Shown here: piece after piece, positions 61,701 to 64,000 of the stretch | Numbering within the stretch: the stretch's first letter is position 1 | How the letters are laid out: each line of letters starts with the position of its first letter | Virus record (IMG/VR): IMGVR_UViG_3300020042_012633 | Location: 1 to 64,000 of that record | Source: a virus | Lineage: Duplodnaviria; Caudoviricetes | DNA length: 64,000 nucleotides | Strand: one strand, 5' to 3' | Position numbers and translations under genes: made by a program | The notes under the pieces: generated by a model | Seen by the model: the letters and a program-made list of their open reading frames with translations, nothing else | Told to the model about the DNA's origin: nothing | Databases searched by the model: none

Positions 61701-63786
61701 TTATATATGCTGTTACTATATCTTGTGAAGAGGATATAGTTCCAGCTGTTAGTGTAATAGCTCTAATGGTGTTTATTGAGGGACTTAGGTCTATAGTACC
61801 AGAAACGACATAAAGCTCTACATTAAAAGTAGAACCTGCAAATGGAGTAAAGCTACTTCCTCCACCTAAGGTAAATCCTTGAGCGTAAATATTATTTCTC
61901 CAATCTACAGAACTACTAAAGATATTTATGTTTATAAGATTTGCAAGACTACTTGATATGGTAATTTTATTAGGAGTATTGATTGTAAGATCACCAGTAT
62001 TCAAAGACTTACCTGCTAAGTCAATGGAAGTGCAAGTAGAGCCTGAAAGTATTAAATTAGGAGAGTATTGTAGGTCTATTGAACTTGTTAGAGTTAAATT
62101 TCCTGCTATAGTTAAAGTCTGTCCTGTTACATTGGTCCAATTTGCAGTACTTCCAGTTGAAAAAACCACGTCCCCAGATGTAGATGTTCCAAAGGTAATT
62201 CTTGCACCATTTTTATTAGTTACAAATACATTTGGCTTTCTAGTTGTTCCAAATGAAGCTGTTATTTGTCCTGATCCATTACCTCCTAAATATATATTTG
62301 TAGCGTTAAAGAGATTGTCTAATAGTAGATTTTTAGCAGCAGAGGTGCTTTCGGTAACGTGTATGTTGGTAATTGTGGATGTTAGACTTGCTAATGATGA
62401 TGAGGTATATAATGCACCACTTCCGGTAAAATATAAGTTAGGAGTTATTATTGTTTTAGGAAGATTTCCATTTGCTAAGAATGTTCTTATTATTAGTTCT
62501 TTTGAAGAAGATATAGTTCCGGCTGTTAGTGAAACAGCCCCAATACTACTTGTTGTGAGGCTTAGGTTTATGCTACCAGAAGTGATATTTAAAGTTCCTA
62601 CAGTAAACTTAGTATATAAGGATGGAGTAAGATTGCTTCCTCCACCCAAAGTAAGTGTGCTACTTGAAATATCATTGTTTGCTATTACAGAACTAGTAAA
62701 AAGATTTATAGCTATACTACTTGTTAGTGCATTATTTATAGTAATTGCATTAGTAGTATTAATTGTTAATGAACCTGTTCGTAACTCCTTACCTGCTAAA
62801 TCAATGGAAGTAAAATTAGAACTAGAAAGAATTAAATCAGGAGTTGCACTAGAGGTCATTGTACCTACTAGAGTTAGATTTCCTGCTATAGTTACAGCTT
62901 GGCTTGCTACATTATTCCAGTTTACATTAGTTCCAGGTTGAAAAGTTAAAGGACCTAGTGTGGAATTTGTAAAAGTTATAGGAGCTTGTCCTGTGTTAGT
63001 TATAAGTACCGCTGGTCTTTTGGTTGTTCCAAGAGAAGCTGTTATTGGTCCTGTTCCAATACCTGCTAAAGATGCTGTTGATGCATTAAATTGTGCATCA
63101 AAGGTAAGCGTCTTACTAGCGGCAGTACTTCCGGTAACATATACGTTGCCAATAGAGGATACTAGTTGTGTTCCGCCTACTGTAGATAAAGATCCTACTC
63201 CTGTTAATACTAAACTTGAACCAGAAATACTTTTAGCAGTTGCTGTAGAAGTTGATATTGTACCAAACTCAGCACCAGCTTCTATTGATATATTTCCTGC
63301 TACAAGTGATACGTTGGTTGTTGGTTGGGTTCTAAAATAGTCTTTAAATGATGCTGTATTGTCGGTAAAACTAGTATTAAAAATAACTGATCCAGAAAAT
63401 GCTTTTCCGTTGCAGAATATCCAACCACTTCCGGATGCGCCAAGTGTAGTTGTTCCTGTATAACTTTGAGTCATTGAGGCTCCCCAAGAAAATAATGGGG
63501 TTTCTACTGCTGCTCTAGATGCAGAAGCTATAACAAATAATGTTGCTGCTGAGCTTCCACTTAGTGAGCCTTGAAAATAAGTAGCGTCTAAACTGCTACA
63601 GGAGACAGCACTATTTATTGCTATTGTACCTAATCCAGAGTTTGCATCAAGAATAACGTCGTCGGAAGATGTAGGTTGAGTTGTTGGGTCTCCTGTCCCT
63701 CCAGATCCTAAAAACCAGTTTGCTGATGATGTCCAGTTTGTAACTGTACCTAAATCTGCTGATCCTGACCAATACTTAATAGGCAT
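49786..63786 (-). CDS. Giant (4666 aa) repetitive beta-solenoid-like virion/adhesin protein
   Basis: Uninterrupted 14-kb ORF; about 17 copies of the RPNVYVTNTG landmark, mostly ~785 nt apart; S/T/G/I/L/N-rich. Confidence 0.85.
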   Translation of the reverse strand: MPIKYWSGSADLGTVTNWTSSANWFLGSGGTGDPTTQPTSSDDVILDANSGLGTIAINSAVSCSSLDATYFQGSLSGSSAATLFVIASASRAAVETPLFSWGASMTQSYTGTTTLGASGSGWIFCNGKAFSGSVIFNTSFTDNTASFKDYFRTQPTTNVSLVAGNISIEAGAEFGTISTSTATAKSISGSSLVLTGVGSLSTVGGTQLVSSIGNVYVTGSTAASKTLTFDAQFNASTASLAGIGTGPITASLGTTKRPAVLITNTGQAPITFTNSTLGPLTFQPGTNVNWNNVASQAVTIAGNLTLVGTMTSSATPDLILSSSNFTSIDLAGKELRTGSLTINTTNAITINNALTSSIAINLFTSSVIANNDISSSTLTLGGGSNLTPSLYTKFTVGTLNITSGSINLSLTTSSIGAVSLTAGTISSSKELIIRTFLANGNLPKTIITPNLYFTGSGALYTSSSLASLTSTITNIHVTESTSAAKNLLLDNLFNATNIYLGGNGSGQITASFGTTRKPNVFVTNKNGARITFGTSTSGDVVFSTGSTANWTNVTGQTLTIAGNLTLTSSIDLQYSPNLILSGSTCTSIDLAGKSLNTGDLTINTPNKITISSSLANLININIFSSSVDWRNNIYAQGFTLGGGSSFTPFAGSTFNVELYVVSGTIDLSPSINTIRAITLTAGTISSSQDIVTAYINTLGTDPKKIIAPNIYLSGSSTLYGAGGATNLTTTASGIYVTGSTSAAKQLILDNFFNAPNIYLGGIGSGPITASFGTTIRPNVYVTNTGQAPILFRTSTSGPLAFVSGTNVNWNNTQANQTLTIAGNLTLTGSMTSSITPNLILSGSNFTSIDLAGKELRTGFLTINTTNAISITGSLTSSIAINIFSSSLELNNEISSSTITLGGGARLTPSGPKFTVRTLAITSGSINLSLATSSIGNISITAGNVSSSKDLTLGNLTIASGTTRKTINTPSLLYTGTGSLYTSGTLLSFTPPLTAIYVTGSSAIARTLSFDSVHTASLVYLGGTGPGVITANLGSGSKPNVYVTNIGAAHISFNTSTISSLSFISSSTANWNNVPGQTLTITGSLTLSSSINTTATPNLLLSGSNFTSIELAGRELKIGSLTINTPNAITISGSLLGNIPINIFSSSVVVSSSISSSTFTLGGGSIFTASLNSRFNIGALNVLSGSINLSLATSSIGAVSLTAGTISSSKDLTIGNLTIASGTTRKTINTPNLLYTGTGSLYTNNGTNLSFIPPLTAIYVTGSAASERILTFDTIHTASLVYLGGSGVGKISADLGTTKRPNVYVTNTGQAPISFATSTIASLSFISGSNVNWDNLISQNLTITGSLTLTGSMTSSATPNLILSGSNFTSIDLAGKELKTGSLTINTPNLITISGSLTSSIAINIFSSSVAINNDISSSTFTLGGGSSFTPFLNSKFNVVALTISSGSINLDPSINTIGTVTLTTGAISSSKDLTIGNLIVSGSSIKTINTPNILYTGIGSLYSNITNSTNLKFTPPLTAIYVTGSTTSTRTLSFDPMHTASLVYLAGNGLGIIIADLGSGSKPNVYVTNTGQAPISFETSIISSLSFTSGSTAKWDNTAGRTLTIAGNLTLTGSMTSSATPNLILSGSNFTSINLTNKELKTGSLTINTPNLITISGSLTSSIAINIFTSSVKIENNISSSTFTLGGGSRFSGSLDTKFNVGALAITSGSINLDPTINTIGDVTLAAGNISSSKDLTIATLLTTGSGAKIINTPNLLFTGIGTLYTNSGTNFTFTPPLTAIYVTGSAASDRILTFDNILTASLVYLAGNGTGYIKAGLGSGSKPNVYVTNTGQAPISFFTSTISGLSFVSGSTANWNNQASQTLTIVGNLALTSSMSSSATPNLILSGSNFTSIDLVGKELQTGSLTINTPNLITISGSLTSSIAINIFSSSIKIQNDISSSTFTLGGGSRFSGSLGTNFNVGALAITSGSINLDPTINTIGAVSITAGNISSSRDLLIGTLSATIGSTKTINTPNILYTGIGSLYLNTSTDFNFIPLLTAIYVTGSAAAGRTLTFDSVHTASLVYLGGDGIGPITSSFLAIKRPNVYVTNTGQAPITFVNSTISSLSFVSSSNVNWNNVVGNTLTIVGNLALTGSMTSSATPSLLLSSSNFTSIDLAGKELAIGSLTINTPNLINISGSLTSSIAINIFSSSVKVQNDISSSAFTLGGGSRFSGSLNSKFDVGALNILSGSINLDPTINTIGAVSITAGNISSSKDLTLVNLTIASGTTTKIINTPNLLYTGIDTLYTNSGTNFTFTPPLTAIYVTGSSAIARTLTFDTVHTASLVYLGGDGIGEIVANLGTTKRPNVYVTNTGQAPISFETSIISGLSFISSSNVDWNNAAGKTLTIAGNLTLTGSMTTSLTPALLLTSSAFTSIDLAGKELKVGSLTINTPNVITISSSLTSSIDIYINNTSSVKIENDITSKWFTIQKGSSFTPFLNSKFTAQTLYVLTSSSIDLSLATSSIDELAIAQGSVSSSKDLTIGILRSSGDGVRKIITAPNLIFTGSGNLYDEEDSDITSSIGNIYVTGSSANTKTLLLSNNFNAPNIYLAGNGAGIIAASFGTTRKPNVYVTTTGGPTSISFYDSTIANLSFISSSTANWNNQANQTLTIAGNLTLTGSMTSSATPNLLLSGSGFTSIDLAGKELRTGDLTINTPNIINISGSLTSSIAINIFSSSVKVQNDISSSTFTLGGGSRFSGSLNSKFDVGALQILSGSINLDPTINTIGTVTLTEGIISSSKGLTIGNLVATGATTKVINTPNLLYTGIDTLYTNNGSNLTFTPPLTAIYVTGSATAQRILTFDTTHNAPNTYLAGNGSGYITANLGTTKRPNVYVTNTGQAQISFNSSTISGLSFISGSTANWNNVVVQDLTIAGNLTLTGSMTSSATPNLILSGSNFTSIDLANKELKVGSLTINTPNIITISSSLTSSGVAINIFNSSVKVENNISSSVFTLGGGSSFTPFLNSKFTVGTLTVNSGSIDLSLATSSLSSVDMYAGTISSSKDVAMGNLTTYDSTTKKIIIPNLSFHGTNQLYDQQGLNVTSSISNIYVTGSTNSLRILILDDDFYAPSVYLAGNGIGNITAGFGTTRRPDIYVTNTGRAPISFETSTISSLSFVSSSNVEWYNIAGEYLTIAGKLTLTGSMTSSATPNLTLSGSNFTSIDLAGKELKVGSLTIDTPNRITVSGSLTSSISVDIIQSPVTVMNNFSSSQLTLTKGGKLTPSGSSFTVGALTVTSGSVDLGLTTTNIITNTFTHNVGTVSASKDITLGNLYTQGGNSANAVISTPNLLYTGIGNLYVNGDGTFSFTPQLTAIYVTGSAASPRILTFTIIHNAPLVYLAGDGTGQISADLGTTKRPNVYVTNTGQAPISFETSTISSLSYISGSTANWSNAAGKNLTIAGNLTLTGSMTVTQTSNLILSSSAFNSIELASKELKIGDLTINTPNAITISGSLTSSGAVTVYTSSLTVMNDFSSSGLTLGGGGRFTPSGSSFTAGALTVSSGSVDLGLTTTNIVAGQLSLTAGTVYSPNNLSIGSFLATGAGVKELTTPNLYFPTNGTLYTSASLANLTPSITNIYITGSTPFPRTLTLDNIFNAPNIYLAGNGSGLITAGFGTTKRPNVYVTNTGGATISFSTSTSGPVIFSNGTTVTWDNVTGETLTIGGNLTLTSSMTVTETSNLILSGSNFTSIELAGKELKIGSLTINTPNAIIISGSLTSSGAVTVHTSSVAVQNDFSSSGLTLGGGGTFGLSGSKFTAGALTVSSGSVDLGLTTTNIVANTLTINQGTVSASEDITLGNLAIGSGTATKTLNTPNLLYTGISNLYTNSGDISAFNITPELTAIYVTGSATAQRILTFDSVHKTGLVYLAGSGSGTISASLGSTRVPYVYVTNTGRAPISFSTSRLNSLFFISSSNVNWSNVAGQDVTITEKLELTGSMTSSATPNLILSGSSFTSLKLVDKQLKTGNLTIDTPNAIEVSGSLISNAAVTILSSSVAVTNNFSSSTLTLDDAASITAPNTISIGPLYVLGTLRKSLIADTVYYTGTSSLPLPAVLNFTSSMNTLYYNGSTAQTRLIDYDSQFRPSTIFLGGAGGGSITGSFGTIAKPNVYVTSTAASPITFATSTISSLSFISSSTANWNNVAGQTLTITGSLTLSSSISTTATPNLLLSGSGFNSLSLVEEQLKTGTLTILETPDLNVTGSILSNAPVTIINSAVAVANNFSSSILTLENAELSASNNIYVGSILAQGASSNKISATSLHYLGTGSLLNFAPVQYTSSITNILISGSSATSRSIEFSPTFYSTNLYIGGTGTGPITASLGTSGKPNVFVNSTSPFQLSFLSAAISNLLFISTTRANWNNTNNQTLNISGSLTLGTVTDITSTPDLVFNGNGTIKTAGKVFTKSIKVESPYTQSLLDNFSSSGSITIEGFLSASNMNILSIGSLNVLGNCNISSSTVNTITVTGTGSAWIIPTTSTIYLPNTTIKMSNTSNSAVTFSGGSPTYGEVVFARGSSNGINHFQGSNTFTNLRDTGTSAHTMSLATGTTQTVGHFDVKGTPGNRVYLTGGSLSKSPAGLVMSDYLDVVNSTATSGSGPWTWFAGPNSTLTGTTTGWLTTGSEGTSVVRRLGSQGVG
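50700..63010 (-). repeat. Tandem ~260-aa (about 785-nt) repeat array within the giant gene
   Basis: Landmark at about 63007, 62227, 61448, 60667, 59881, 59092, 58309, 57526, 56740, 55955, 55168, 54387, 53596, 52813, 52018, 51358, 50703. Confidence 0.9.
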
Positions 63787-63789
63787 ATT

Positions 63790-63999
63790 TTATTTAAAGA
63801 ATATGTTTATTATTAAATCATTTGCTGCAACACCTGTTGTTGTAGGATCATCAAGAGTGGTTGTAGTAGCTATACAAATCCCTGTTGGAAAGTCTATACC
63901 TGCTGGGAAAGGACAGTTAGCTGCTGATAGTGCTGGGATAGGAATAGTTAAATAAGGAGATGTAAAAGTGGTAGGTGGTGATGTTACATTAAAAAAACG
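63790..63999 (-). CDS. C-terminal part of a small structural protein (runs off the window end)
   Basis: ..FFNVTSPPTTFTSPYLTIPIP..GIDFPTGICIATT..GVAANDLIINIFFK*. Confidence 0.75.
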   Translation of the reverse strand, partial: RFFNVTSPPTTFTSPYLTIPIPALSAANCPFPAGIDFPTGICIATTTTLDDPTTTGVAANDLIINIFFK

Positions 64000-64000
64000 T

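Noticed and set aside
50138-63340. Many long plus-strand ORFs (100-337 aa) opposite the giant gene
   Set aside because: Antisense shadows caused by codon bias in a repetitive S/T/G-rich minus-strand gene; they recur with the same 785-nt period and have no promoters or recognisable motifs.
1-64000. Stop-codon reassignment, as seen in some large Bacteroidota phages
   Set aside because: Conserved genes (nrdA, nrdB, helicase, sheath, the 4666-aa ORF) are uninterrupted in the standard code, and TAA, TAG and TGA all serve as real stops.
1-64000. CRISPR array, integrase/transposase or DGR (reverse transcriptase with TR/VR)
   Set aside because: No regularly spaced repeat-spacer pattern and no RT or recombinase motifs; the repeats found are coding repeats, not adenine-specific TR/VR pairs.

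Overview
A 64-kb segment of a large, AT-rich lytic dsDNA myovirus (contractile tail) with T4-like neck, tail and replication modules. The host is almost certainly Bacteroidota (Flavobacterium-like): 12 promoters match TTG-N20-TATATT(T/A)(A/T), starts are A-rich without Shine-Dalgarno, and there are SC/AC lipoboxes and a T9SS-CTD-like domain. All credible genes are on the minus strand and use the standard code. In transcription order (right to left): a 4666-aa protein with about 17 internal repeats; neck and tail-completion genes; tail fibres; sheath; tube; tail assembly chaperones; tape measure; baseplate, including a hub with a GH19 domain; a compact family-A DNA polymerase; SSB; RecA/UvsX; 5'-3' exonuclease; DnaB-like helicase; nrdB-nrdA; a Holliday-resolvase-like nuclease; a six-gene operon of exported proteins (two CsgG-like, cohesin/dockerin-like, T9SS-CTD-like, beta-barrel-like); thioredoxin; a tRNA/ncRNA island; two metallophosphoesterases; many small ORFs; and the start of thyA. 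The strongest novelty candidates are (1) tRNA-shaped RNAs with 43-55 nt structured inserts just 3' of an anticodon-like triplet, sharing an AAGCGA loop, and (2) the phage-encoded cell-envelope operon. All family assignments come from motif recognition by eye, with no database searches.
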